The notes under the pieces are model-generated. The model saw only the letters and a list, made by a program, of their open reading frames with translations, was not told the origin of the DNA and searched no databases. A program made the position numbers and the translations under genes. From contig CALSCP010001980.1 of assembly GCA_943704425.1 (NCBI GenBank), positions 17,750-81,749 of the forward strand: DNA of 64,000 nucleotides. The letters run 5' to 3'. Numbering within the stretch: position 1 is the first letter of the stretch; every line of letters starts with the position of its first letter. Source of the stretch: Ministeria vibrans ATCC 50519 (Eukaryota; Protista; Filasterea). Shown here in pieces: positions 13,311-27,683 of this stretch.

Positions 13311-13400
<90 letters not shown>
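13311..13400. repeat. (TG)n microsatellite
   Basis: Directly visible. Confidence 0.97.
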
Positions 13401-13402
<2 letters not shown>

Positions 13403-13405
13403 TAG

Positions 13406-14788
<1,383 letters not shown>

Positions 14789-14885
14789 ACACAAATCAAA
14801 GCAAAAACTCCACAAAGTTGTCAGTTAAAAAATAGAGAACTTTACACGAAAAAAAAAAAACGAGAGAGAGAGAGAGGGGAGGGCC

Positions 14886-17800
14886 TTATACAAGTTGGTT
14901 CTCGTGTGCCTCGGCAACGCGCTGCTCGTACAGCGAGTGCAGCAGCGAATCCTGTGAGACAGCATCGGAAAGAGCAGCGGGAAGGGGAACGTGCAAGGAG
15001 GTACAGGCACGCTCAATGAGCGACAGTAAAGTAGGGTGTGTGGCAGGTGTTGTCGATGTGGATGACGTGCGTGATCGCAAACCCACGTCACTCACATCGC
15101 TTCCTTCCTCTCCCTCCATATCTTCTTCCACCGCTTCGTTATTGTTGTTGTTGTTGTTGTTGTTGACAGTGGTGCTGGGCAGGTGCGATGATAGCGTTTC
15201 GGCACCAGCTGCTTCGTGCATAAAGGTGGGCACTGGTGATACGGTGACGCTGCGTCTTTCAAGGGGATTGGGCGAGACTGTCCCATTCGCCGACTGCTGA
15301 TGGAAGCGTCCACGCAGACGGTAGTGGTGAGACGGAGCGTACGGCGCCGAAGCGCTGCTGCTGGCAACACTCACAGCATCACTGTTGTCCAAGTCGGTCA
15401 GTGACTCTGTTCGTGCCACTCCCCCCCCACCACAGCCACCGCCCACTCCAGCACCTCCCCCAGTCGACCCAAATGATACTCCAATTGTCGAAAGATCATG
15501 CGCTGGAGTAACACTGGACGTCGTTGAGAGCCCGCTGACACTACCGGCCGCTGGTCCGTCCGCCGTGCTGTCGCCGTCCTCCTCGTCGTCACTGTTGCGA
15601 CTACTTGCGCAGTACGAACCAGCAGTGGCGTGCGTGCGTGCCTCGTCTGACACAGCACCGTGTACCACACCCACAGGCACCATGTGACGCTCGACTTGGA
15701 GAGGCTGCGAGCCCGTGTCAATCATAGCATCGCGTCGCGACATTAGCATGTCCACAAACAACACCGCCAGCGACCCGTCCCCACACAGATCCGACGCAAT
15801 GGCCAAGAGGAACTCTTGCATTTGCATGTCACCCGCCACAAAACAACGACTCAACACCTCCATGGCCTCACCCACCAGCTCAATGGCCCAGTTTTTCAGA
15901 TTTTGCGCAAATTGAGTGCCATCGCTCGGCGAATTGAGCAAGACGTCAAGCAGACGGCGCGCATACAGTCGGTAGACACTGCGCATGGTTAGGACAACGT
16001 CGAACTCGGGGCGGAGATGCGCCTGGTACGCATTCAGTAACTCAGCACTCACAATGGTCGACAGAGCACTCACAATCTCTTCGGTGCTCGCGCGCAACCG
16101 CTCTTCCGTAAGACCTTCGCCAACAAGAAAGGGGTCGAGTAGGTGCTCTTGCAAAATCGACCGAAGTGCCTGAAGCGGCTCAAGGCGACCCTGATACATC
16201 TCATGGAAGTCGGCCAGCGTAAAGGCATCAACGATGCTCTCGGCAATGCGCACTTGAAGACCTAGAAGAAAGAAAATCACTTCGATTAAAAAAGAGGGGA
16301 GGGGAGAGAGTAAATGTTTCTTACTGGAGCGCTCATTGGGAGTCGGGAGCTCATCAGAAGCGTTCATCAGAGAGGACTCCCTTGAGTGAGACGGATTTGC
16401 TGACACAGTTTGGCGTCGATGCTGTTGATCACGTTGCAGAGCGAGGAAAAGGCGTTGTTCCATAAGCGTGAGCGTGTCGTGACGCTGTTGTTCTCGCAGG
16501 CGTTGCCGTTCTTCGCGGTCAATGCGTTGTGCCTGGCTTGCTGCCTGGTTGCGTAGCACCTCTTGGCGACGACGCTCCGACGCTGAGACGGCAGCGTTTG
16601 CTGACAAAGACGCGGTCGTTGTGTTGGTAGGAGTGGTAGGAGTGGTAGGAGTGGTAGGAGTGGTAGGAGTGGTGAGAGTGGTAGAAGTGGTGGGCTGTAG
16701 CGATCGATTTTCTTCTGCAGAGGAGGCTAACAAGGGCGGCGATGGAGGCGGCATCCCATTGGACGGCAAAAACATACGCATCATGCCGTCGCGAAGTTCG
16801 TCAAGAAATGACGCATTTGAAGGACGGGTGGCGTTGCTGTTGATATCGTTGTTGTTGTTGTTGCTGCTGCTGTTGTTGCTGTTGGTAGCTGTGGTGGTGG
16901 TGTCCGAGATGGTCGAAGACGGGTTTGCAGTAGAAGAGAGTGTTTCGGTGCGAGTGGTGCCGTCTGGAGCCGTGGTGGTGCGCACTGTTGTGGTTGTGGT
17001 GGTGACAGAACCAGAGGCAGGAGAGGAGTTCGATTCTGTTGTAGATGGCTGTGTAGCACCAGCAGGGGGTACAGCGGGCGGGATAAAGAGGGGGAAACTG
17101 CCGGTAAACAGTGTGAGGGGCGTTTGTGGAGGTGGGGCTGCGTGGGGCTGCTGGGGAAAAGCATCAAGCCATTGGCGTGTGACGGGAATGGGCGGGGACG
17201 CATAGGCACCGCGAGGGACGAAAAATCCAGAGTTAGGAGACCCATCGTCCAGATCGGCAATTTGAGTTGCGTTCGTGTTGATAAGCCATTGGAAATTGCG
17301 CGAGGCAAGTTCGAATGAATCGAGTTGCCGAGGCAGAGGGCCCTCATCAGTGAGCTCATCGGCGAGCTGAGAGGCGAGAGTGGCCCAAGCCGAGGCGCAC
17401 TCGGCAGCGTGACGAAGCATTTGGCGCGTCTGAGGAATAAGAAGTGGACGCTCCGACAATGATGCCGCATCGGCAGCAGGCGTATCAGTGCTGTCATCTG
17501 GTGTCGCTTCAGCAGTGCCGGTTGTGCCGTCCTCGGCGACACCATCATCATGATCAAAAAATGTGTCCTCTTGAGTGAGGGTCGCCTCTGCCTGCGCCCG
17601 AGCCTGTTCAGTTTCTGCTTGCTCAGGCCGTGCCTGTTCGGGCTCTACCCGTTCCGCCTCGGCTGGCTGCTGCTGGACGACAGTGCCCGGACGGGGTCTG
17701 CGTGGTGGGAGAGTGGCGAAAGGGCGGAACTGAGCGACACAAGTGCCACGAGTGGCATTTTGAACCATAGCGAGGATCTGTGGGGAGTGCGCCAAGGCAC

Positions 17801-18963
17801 GCGTAGCATTCCAGTGGAGCACCTCATGAGCGTAATTGCGATACTCCTCCGTATTCTCAAAAGCGGGATTCCAGAAGCTCACGAGAGACAATGGACTGGT
17901 GGGCAAACGACGACGTTCGCGCGGACTCACCATAAGATTCACGTCATCATCAAGTGTCAGTGCATAAGGCGCATAGCGACGACGAATGCGAGCAAGTGGA
18001 TCGCGTTCGCGACGCTGTGGACGTGGAGGAGACGGTCCTGCTGGCGTGGGTGTCGTTGTCGTTGACGTTGTTGTGCCACTCCGTTCGTCTTCTCGCGGCC
18101 GTGCTGCACTTGTTGTGGAGGACTCTGATGTGGATGCAGTGCTGGAGTGCACATGGCTGTCGGGTGCGGCCGTGGCAGTCATTGTAGTTGTGGTAGTCGT
18201 CGTGACGGTTGCACCGGTGGTTGGGGTGGGTGTCGTTTCAGAGGGTTGTGGTGGAGGCACGCCGACAGCGGCGGCTGCTGCCGCGGCAGGAATGCCAAGT
18301 GACGTGAAAAAGTTCTGAATGGTGGCGACTGCATTGGACTGGAAAGTGAATGGCAAGGTGCCAGTTGTGGTTGTGGTCGTCGTGTTGGTGGTTGCAGATG
18401 CACTTGCTGGTGCTGCCTGAGGCGCTCCTCTCGCTCCTGAGGCACTGGCATTGGCGCCACGGCTGTTGCTATTGCGCTGGCGTCCCTCGCTTTCGACCAT
18501 GTGCAGGCGGGCGAGGTCGGTGAGACCGCACTGACCCACTCGCTCAGCGTCTTGCAGTATCTTGCCTTTGAAAATGACGCGCTGTCGGCCAACGGCGACG
18601 CCAGTCGCGCTCTCAATCTGCAACAGACACCACATTAACAAAAAAAAGGCGAGAGGAGCAAAGAGGGGCTGGGCGGTCGCGCATGGGCGCAGTGAGCGGT
18701 GCAAAAAGTGTGACGCGATGTGTTTCGACCGGCACACACTGGTTCAGCGTTGCGCTCCATGCATACCGCTTTCTTCAAGGACAGAACGTTCTCCGACGCC
18801 CGCACTGTGACCCTGTGCTCGCTGGAGTCGAGCGTCAGCACCGTCAAGTGTAGTTCGTCGACTTCCGACTCCTGCAAATAATGTATACAAACCATCAACA
18901 CACTCGAGCGGGCGACAAAGAACTCAAGCTGATTGGACACACATACATACACACACGTACCAT
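14886..18963 (-). CDS. BAG6: BAG6/Scythe-like ubiquitin-like-domain protein
   Basis: Spliced N-terminal UBL (LTVLTLDSSEHRVTV...RQRVIFKGKILQD...LHMVE), long low-complexity middle, helical region GRLEPLQALRSILQEHL and C-terminal BAG-similar segment LHSLYEQRV. Confidence 0.75.
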
Positions 18964-19113
18964 TTGAATTAAGACAAAAAAAAAACTATTATCACAACTA
19001 ATCGGGTTTGAAGTTTAAAATAATTGGAAATGCCTTCTTCTTCTTCTAATAATTATTACGCATCTTTTGTTGTCGTTGATTCCCTGCCGGACCGTGTTTT
19101 GGGGTTGGGTCGT

Positions 19114-19131
19114 ATGGGATACAATGGATAG
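19114..19131 (+). promoter_or_regulatory. Upstream ORF (MGYNG*; also reachable from the in-frame ATG at 19030) overlapping the bZIP start codon out of frame
   Basis: ATG GGA TAC AAT GGA TAG spans the predicted main ATG at 19124. Confidence 0.4.
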
Positions 19132-20982
19132 AATTCCTGTGCAGGATCTGTAAGTGAAAAAGTGGATGCTCTCTCTCCGTCTCTCTTTCACCGTCTCTCG
19201 CTCTCACAGAACCGACCTCAATGATCTCCTTGACATCCCCGACCTCATTTCTGCTCCCATGCCCTTTCCGTCCGTTCAAACTCGTGATCAAGATCAACGA
19301 CCGTAAGTCCCCAAAAAAATAGCACGCACGACATTTGGGTCTGCCTCTGTCGTCGGCAGTGCTGCGTCCCCACGACGACCACCCGCACACCGATTCTAGT
19401 GTTGCCGACCCCCGGCACCCGCGATCTCACTGTTTCCCGCCTCTCCGCATTCAGGGTGGATCCGTTTTCGTCGGCGCTGCTCTCTTGGGCCCATTCGACC
19501 TCACCCCCCGCACCCGAGAAGGCCAGCGCGCGATCCATCGACCCCTTTGCACGAGCATCGCCTTCCCGGATACGTCTGGCCACTGCGGACCTGAGCGATT
19601 TCCTGCGCTACAGCGACCACAGCGACGATGTGGTTCACGGTGACAGCGACGGGAGTGCTGACCGCAGCGGGGTCGCCGACTCGGACCAGCACAGGCGGCG
19701 TAAACGAGCCAAGTCGCAGAATTCTCTTGAATCGACGGCAAGTGTGTCAACCACTGCAGCAGCTGCGGCGGGTACCACAGCAGCAGCAGCAGCAGAAGCA
19801 GAAGCAGAAGCAGAAGCAGAAGCAGAAGCAGAAGCAGAAGCAGAAGCAGAAGCAGCAGAAGCAGAAGCAACAGAAGCTAAAAGACCTCCCTCGCAGTCTG
19901 TCGACCCATTTCTTGTGCCACCCGACATTTCATGGCCCACACTTCCCCTCATGCTGCCTGAACAGGGTCCTTTGCACGAAACCGTCCGCGCTTCAGCGCC
20001 CTTACAACCCGAAGAGTGTCTTGATAATCCCCAATCACGCGCTAAACGCCCACCTCTAACAGTTCCAGCGCGTAAGTCACGCGTCGACCCTTTTGCACTT
20101 TCAATATCAACCACTCGTCCACCCCCATCACCACCACCACCACCATCTCTACCACTCCCACCAATGAGTTCATCTACAGCACCTCCGTCTCTCCACGCTC
20201 CCTGTGCTCCGCCCCCGCCAGCCTATGCGTCTATGGCTGCTGCCTCTGCTGCCGCTGCTTCCGCCTCGGCTGCCACCGGCGTCCCCCCCAACATGGCACA
20301 CCTCGTCAACAACACCACCGCACTGACACAGCTTATGATAAACATCATGTCACAGAACCCCACAGCATTCATGGCCGCCTCCATCGCAGCCATGCTCTCC
20401 CGTGGCGGCTCCAACTCATCCGCCATGGCTGCGTCCCTTTTTCCTTCGCATCCCGTCTCCCCCAGTCCCACTACCTCTGTTCCCGCCACTCCTCCCGTTG
20501 TCTCCTTCAAGGTTCCTCTCTCCTCTAAGACCTCTGCAATTGGCTCCACCGCCACCACCAACACGAGCAGCAGCAGCACTACTGCCAGTGGTACCCCTGC
20601 TGCTGTGCCCGCCCTCAACCACTTGGCCTCCATCGCTCTCGGCGGCGGTCGCACTGTCTCCTTCCCATCTCAATGCCCTCCCCCTCCTGCTGAGACATTG
20701 GAACAGCAACAGCGACGGAAGCGCTATGAGGGACTGACGGACGCTGAGATTGAGCGTCGCGAGCGCAACTCGGCTGCGGGGGCACGTTTCCGCAAACGCA
20801 AGAAACTCGAATACGAAATGGCGGAAGAGCGTACGACGCGTGCTGTCAAAGAGTGCGAGCGACTCGAAGACACTGTCAGGCACTTGCGCACACGGCGAGA
20901 TGCGCTGTTGGCGCGTGCTCAAGCGCACTTGGGCTACACGCCAGCCTTGCCAGGACTGGATGACAGCGACGACGACACCTGA
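19124..20982 (+). CDS. bZIP transcription factor (ATF4/Cys3-MetR-like basic region); exons ~19124-19149, 19210-19302, 19455-20982
   Basis: C-terminal RRERNSAAGARFRKRKK plus heptad repeat; GTAAGT donors give a continuous frame; (GAAGCA)n encodes EA repeats. Confidence 0.85.
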
Positions 20983-21200
20983 CCAACTTGTACACTCTAC
21001 GTTGTAAAAGACACATCCCATAATAAATAAAATAACAGTCAGAAGTAAGGTAAACGAGAATCGGGTTCAATAGAGAACAAAGACGAGAGAGAGATAAAGA
21101 AAGAGAGAGATAGAGAGAGGTAGAGAGAGGTAGAGAGACAGAGAGGGAGTGTGTGTGTGTGTGTGTGTGTGTGTATGGGTGTGTGTGTGCGCGTGCGTGA

Positions 21201-24200
21201 CTAGGTGAGACGGCCACCTCCCGTCGAGGGCATCGCCAGGGACTCGTAGCAGGGCTCACAGACGCGCTGTGCCTTGCGCAGATCAAATTTGGGAATGGAG
21301 ATTTCCTTGCACGAGCACCTGACAGAATCAGACGCAAGGGAGAGTAAGCGAGTTAGTGAGCGGGCGAGATAGAAAGTAACTAGAGTGCGTACTTGCTGCA
21401 GAGTTGGCGTCCGCAGTGGCGACAATGATGCTTCCGCTTGGTTACCGAGAACTACACAAGAAACGTATTAGTTGAGATTCTCGCGTTATCATTCTTGTCT
21501 TTCATTTCGCATATCGCCTTACCTTGTCTTTGCACCCTTGGCAGAGCTTGGTCTCGGCCAACCATGGAAGTTCCCTCGGAATCAATTCTACAAACAAAAT
21601 TGTCAAACAAATGTCCCTTTTGCTTGGCACAGAGAGAGATAGAAGAGAAATAGAAGAAAGACAATGTGACAAAGTGATAAAGAAGAGACAAAGTGATAAC
21701 GTGATAAAAGGAGAGACAAAATAACAGAGAAAAACAAACACTCACCCAAAAGCTGTCTCTGGAGTCGACCGCGGTTCTCGTTGCTCATGAGGGACTGTCC
21801 GCGGTGATTCTCGACACCCACATGGGCTCCCTGACGCACCATGGCGGCACACAGAGGCTCAAAACCAGTGCCAAACGCAAGCAGAAGCGGCGAGTTGCCC
21901 TCCGAGTCCTATACGTCAAAGCAGACGGTCGTGTTGGCATCATATACTGTCTTGTTTAGCGCATTTCGAGATGCGTTTTGCGTACGAGCAGATTAATGTC
22001 GACATTGGTTCCGTATTGCAACAGCAAATCAAAGACAGCGCATGAGTTGGGGCCCGCACCAAGCGCCATAGCGTGCAACGCAGACTGGCTTCGGTCTAGA
22101 ACAAACAAACAAACAAACAAACAAAAAACACCTTGTCAGAACTTGACGTCATTGGGAAGAGCACGTACGGTTTTTGAGATTAACATCAATGACACTGTCC
22201 TGAAGAAGTCTCCTACAGCAATTAACGTTTCTGTTTTCGACAGCGACATGGAGAGCACTGTTGCCCTCGCGATCACACGCGGCCACATTGACGCCTCGTT
22301 CAAGCAGCATCGACACCACGTTGGGTTGGTCGAGGGCTGCTGCTTGGTGTAGCACTGGAACGCCGTTGCGGTCCGTCGTGTTCACATCCGCGCCAGCCTA
22401 CCCCCCCCCACACACATTCGCCCACAAGTTGTAAATCAGTCGCGGCTGATGTTTGGTATTCTCGAATATACTTACGTTCAAAAGGTGCTTTGTAATGTTC
22501 TCCAGTCCCCTTTGCACTGCGAGATAGAGCGATGTCACATTGGTCGGGTCACGCACGCGACTCTCAACATTCACATTCAGGTTAATCAAGAACTGCAAAG
22601 AGAAAAGGAAAAGAGAAATGAGGGAAAAAGAAACAAAGTGGTAGAGAAATGAAAGAGAAAGAAACAAAGTGGTAGAGAAATGAAAGAGAAAGAAACAAAG
22701 TGAGAGAAAATTGAGGGAGAAAGACACAAACAAAGACGCAAAGAAGAGCAATTGGTGTGATCAACATGTTGCGCTTGAGCTGGGAGGACAATGCACTAAC
22801 CTGCACACACGACTCATCACCCGAGTCAACGGCGCAGTGTAGGAAGTTGTAGCCGCGCTTGTCAAAGTGTTCGCTGCACTGTGGGTCTTGCTCAAGCACT
22901 CTGTACGCCAGGCCGGGATTGCGCGTCACCACAGTCACCTAAGAAAACAACACACAGACACATTAGTAATCGTCTGCGCTCTTGTGCGTTGCATTCAATC
23001 TACCGCAAAGGGTGTCTGGTCTTTGTTGTTGCGAAGGGACAGGTCGACGCCCGGATGCTGAATGATGGTGTCGACGACGTCGGGATTGTTCTCCGCAATT
23101 GCAATGTGCAGAGCAGAGTCTCCTTCGCTCGTCACCGTGTTCACCTATACATATTTTCATTCATAGAATAAATAACCACAAATAAATAGGGGAGGGGAGA
23201 TTTCTTCTCGTACTGTGGCGCCCTTTTGAAGGAGAAGTTTGATGATTTCGTTCATGCCGCACTGGGCGGCCATGTGGAGGGGAGTCATGCCATCGCAGAC
23301 GGCGTTCACATCGGCGCCGTTGCCAATGAGAAACAGGCCTGAAAACTCGTCGCCGTCACGGATGGCACGGTGCAGCAGCGAGGCGCCCTCGTTGTCGCGA
23401 CGGTCCACGTCGCACTTGTAACGCACCAATGTGATGGCGACAGCCTCTTCTTGACGCGACAGTGCGTGCCAAAGCGGTACGATGCCGTTGGCGTCGGCTG
23501 CGTTAACATCGGCACCGCGGTTGCACAGTGCATCGACACACGACGTCATGGCGTGGTTGATGGCCAAAATAAGAGGCGTCTCGTTAGCGTCCGTCATGGT
23601 GTTGATCGAGCATCGGTTCTCCAGCAGGAAGGTAACTCCCTTGGCGTCGCCGCGCAGAATCGCTTGGTGCAGCAACGTAAGACCCTTGGTGCTGCGTGCC
23701 TCGACATCAGCACCATTGGCGACCATGCGAGTCGCGGCTGTTGTGAGGCCCTTGATGAGGGCCAGGCCCAGCGGTGAGTCGTCGTTGGCATTGCGCACGG
23801 CAAGATCGCACTTGTTCGAGTCGAGCAGGGCAAAAACGGCATCAATGTGCTTGCCGTCGAGTGCAACGTGCAGCGGCACGCACTTGGCCTCGTCGGCAAC
23901 GTTAACATCGGCGCCCTTGGCGAGTAGTCGCTGCAGAATGATCATCTTGCCCTGTGCACACGCCAGATGCAGCGGCGTCTCGCCAGCCTTGTTCTGCACA
24001 TCAATGGACGCACCATTCTCAATGAGAAACAACGCGGCCGTCTCCATCGACGGATTGCGCACGGCCAAGTGCAACAGAGTCTCCTTGTTGGCGTCGGGGG
24101 CGTCGCAGTCGACTCCGCGGTCCACGAGAGTCTTGGCGAGCGCCTCCTTGCCGGCCATGAGCGCGAGCCACAGTGCTGTGCGTTCCTTGTTGTCACGCAG

Positions 24201-24809
24201 ATTGAGTGCAATGGTGGGTCCGGCAAGGAGGAGCTCAACACATGCATCGTGCGTATTAGAAATGGCAACATGCAATGGCGTTGACCCTTCCGCGTCTTGC
24301 GCATTCAAATCCACATTGTTTTGCATCAGCAACTCCACCAGCGTGCGCATGCCCTGTCGTGTTGCAATGTGCAGTGCAGTCAGTCGCTTCAAACTCGTTG
24401 TCGCATTCACCGACGCTCCATTCCGAATGAGAAACGCCGCCGAGTACTCATCGCCTCGCTGCAGCGCCAGATGCAAGAGCGTCTCGCCTGTCGACGTGTC
24501 CGTCAGGTTGGGGTCACACCCGTGCGAGATCAGCGTCATTGCAATGCTCTCGCGTCGTCCCTGCAGAGCAATGTCAAGTGCACCTGAACAAAATTTACAA
24601 TGTGAGAAAAACATTACAATTGTCGTTGTCGAAATACATTGGGAATTTTCACTGTCGCGTTCATCAAGTTTGGTCTTGAGCTGACGATCAAACTCGACAA
24701 TGAAGAGAAAGACAATGTCCTCACGGCCCTGTTTGATGGACATGTGCAGTGGGGTGTTTGTGACGCGTTTCATCAGCTCGTACATCAGTCGTGCCGGCAT
24801 CACATCAAA
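21201..24809 (-). CDS. ANKFY1: Rabankyrin-5 (ankyrin repeats + FYVE), lacking the N-terminal BTB region in this assembly
   Basis: TPLHMSIKQGREDIVFLFIVE, many ankyrin repeats, C-terminal FYVE (RKHHCRHCG...RVCEPCY). Confidence 0.93.
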
Positions 24810-24814
24810 CTGTG

Positions 24815-24830
24815 TGAGAGAGAGAGAGAG

Positions 24831-24920
<90 letters not shown>
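24815..24920. repeat. (GA)n microsatellite at the NAA35/ANKFY1 junction
   Basis: Directly visible. Confidence 0.95.
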
Positions 24921-24922
<2 letters not shown>

Positions 24923-24973
24923 GTGAGGGAGAGGGAAAAAGGATAACATGAAGACAGGGCGAGAATGGGTTAC

Positions 24974-27400
24974 CACTGCGTTAGGATAGGTGGTGGCCTT
25001 GAGAAAGTCGTTGTAGCTGACAAAGGCAGGGGCGGTGAGACGCAGGAAGGGAGCAAAGCGATGGGTGTAGAGAACGGACGAGTAAGAAGGTTCAACGCAC
25101 TCGGAAGGGACGTGGGGCGGAAGGGGAATGCGCAGAACATGCAAGACCAAGTAGAGGGCGGTCGCCAGCTGATACTGCCCCACCGCCTCGTCCATCTCTT
25201 GCTGCTGCGTCCCCGTCACCGACAACCCGCTTTTCTCGTCGTTGCCTCCCGATGCACCGGACGCCGTCGCCCCCTTGCCCTTCTTTTTGGCTCCTCCACC
25301 ACCACCTTATCGAAAGAAGAGAAGAAAATGTTTAGAATACACTAACATAAGTTAGAAGGTACAACCGACCTTTGGACTGGAGCGCAGCGCGCATGAGCCC
25401 AATCTCTTCACCAATACTGTTGAGTCGAGTGTTGATGTATTGCAGGTACCTAAGATATACAAGAGGATTAATATGAAAGACACATAGGCCTGATTCACTG
25501 ACCAGTAGACAGAATGATGTTCGTGAGGGAGATAGAGGTCGAGGTGGAAGCCAAGGACGAGAAAGCGTCGCATGATGCGGGCGGTGAGGCGGAAGGCCCA
25601 GAAGCCAAAATGAGATGGGCAAGTGGGATAGGCGGCTGCGAGAGCGTCGTCGGCGGCATCGGCGTGCGTCTGGATGAGCGAAAGGTCGTCGGAGAGGTGC
25701 GCGATGGAGCGACGCTGGCGGGCCGGGTTGAGCGAGAGCATGCGCAGAATTTCCACAAGGGGTTTGATGGCGGCACGGAGAAAGTCACGAACCAGAGCGG
25801 CGGGCGACGGCGGGTCAGTGCTGGTGGTAGGCTTGGCGGAGTCCATGGCAAGCCCGGTAAGAATGTGCGGGTTGCGCGTTGTCTCGTGCAGGTCATTGCG
25901 GATGAGCGTCGCAGGTGAGATGCGACCAAAAAAGAGACGCTCTTGCCAGATGCAGGTGAAGAGACGGGCACGCGAGAGAATACAGGGCGTCGTGTCGGAG
26001 AAGTCAATGAGAAAGTTGAAAATATGCTCGAGAGTGGAGGAGACGGGAGCAGGGGAGGGTGGAGGAGGAAGATCGGGGAATGCACCCGAAGAGGGCTGGT
26101 GGGGAGCAAGTGCTGCCAGAGGGGCCTGGAGACAAACCGAGAGGACGGTAGAGACGTGTAAGAGACGATCCAGGAGACTCGAGAAGGCGGCAAGGGAGTC
26201 AGTGCGGCTGAGGAGAGTGACGGGGCGGGGCGGGGAGGCGCCCAGAAGATGGTAGTTGATGAGCGGAAGAAAGACGCTGGGGACTAGGTGGGCACTGTAG
26301 TCGGTGTCATCGAGCAGCGCCAATTGGCTTTGGGCGTGTGAGAGCGACTTTTCCGCACTCTTGAGACCCTTGCCTCGCTCCTTTTCAAAGTGCGTAAGTG
26401 CCGTGTAAAATGAGCGACGCGCACGCAATCGTGCAAGGACCGCGTCACACAGAACGATCTCGTGGGCGGCGTCAGCGTGCCACAGCGGCTGAAGACGATC
26501 GACGGCAGAGCCCTCCTTGAGAAGGCGCTTGCACTGGCGCTGACGGTGCAGAATGAGCTCTTCAGCGTCTGCAAGGCATCCCATGGCACGCGCGCTCGTC
26601 AGGTCCGCACACGTGCCAAAGCCACTTGTGGTCGAGAGGAGATCTTCTTCGCGAGCGACGCCTGAACGTGAGACAACCATTCGAATCATGTCGCATGTTT
26701 TGAGCATGACAAGGGAGTAGGCGGCGAGAACCGGATCGCGCAACACATTGAGCGGATTGCGGTGCAGGTAGACACAAGTAAAGAGGGTCTGTGCGAGCAT
26801 CTCGCCCTTGAGCCACGATTGCTCCATCACCAGAAGCTCGTCCATCACAGCGAGGGTTTCTTCGGCGGTGAAGCCGTCCAATTTAATTTCGTCCTGCAGC
26901 GAGTCCAGCGAAACCGTCTGAATGCACCCGCCGTCCTCTGAGATCTGCGACATGCCTGCGTCCATTTTGGGATCCATCAGCTCCAATGCCGACATGGCTT
27001 CAAACAGCGTAAATCGCTCCGCTTCAACAAGCTCCCCCGTGTCCAGCGTCGCGGCATGAGCGCTGTGTGTCAGAGATGAAGAGATAGAGATTGAGATTGA
27101 GAGAAAGAGAGAGAGAAAAAAAAGACCAACACATAAGGATGAGCAATATGTGAAGCACCAAGAGAAAGAAGCACAACGAGGTCATGGACCACAGCGAGCA
27201 TGAACGTCTCGCAAGGCGTGGAAGCGAACAACTCACCGAAAGTCGTCTGTGTAGTCGGTCCAAGCGGATTCGTCGTCGAAGTCGTGCCGCTCGTCAAAGA
27301 GGGCCTCAGGCTCGCCTGCGGGCACTCGATGTTCGTCTTGTGTCTCGTTGAGTGCTAGAGCAGACTCTAACAGCTGATTGAGTTGGTCCTGTTGCGACAT
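24974..27400 (-). CDS. NAA35: NatC auxiliary subunit Mak10/NAA35 (no stop codon before a splice donor; final exon not found)
   Basis: FTLFEAMSALELMDPKMDAGM, WLKGEMLAQTLFTCVYLH, LNPARQRR, LGFHLDLYLPHEHHSVYWYL, HRFAPF. Confidence 0.93.
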
Positions 27401-27513
27401 GAAGAAAAGTGTGAGTAATTTTAATCATTTATCCAAAGTTTGACAGCTCCCCAATCACAATGCAGTTATTGTACTGAATTGTCAAGAAAAACAATCAGAG
27501 TCGAATCAGTCAA

Positions 27514-27527
27514 GTGAGTCGACTCAC
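27514..27527. promoter_or_regulatory. Perfect 14-bp palindrome GTGAGTCGACTCAC in the NAA35/TBC divergent promoter
   Basis: Palindrome is directly visible; function inferred from position. Confidence 0.35.
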
Positions 27528-27683
27528 GAGCCACGAGGAGGGATCAGGTCGTGGATTGAATGTTTTTCTGGTCAAAAACTGATTCTGATCACTCTCACTA
27601 AGACTTGCTCACTACACTTTTTTACGCTTTTATTTTGCAATTGGCTGTGTTGACAGTGTGTGTTTGTACTGACAGAGCGGACG

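Noticed and set aside
23482-24684. 400-aa antisense ORF and similar shadow ORFs opposite GC-rich genes
   Set aside because: Expected by-product of codon bias on the coding strand
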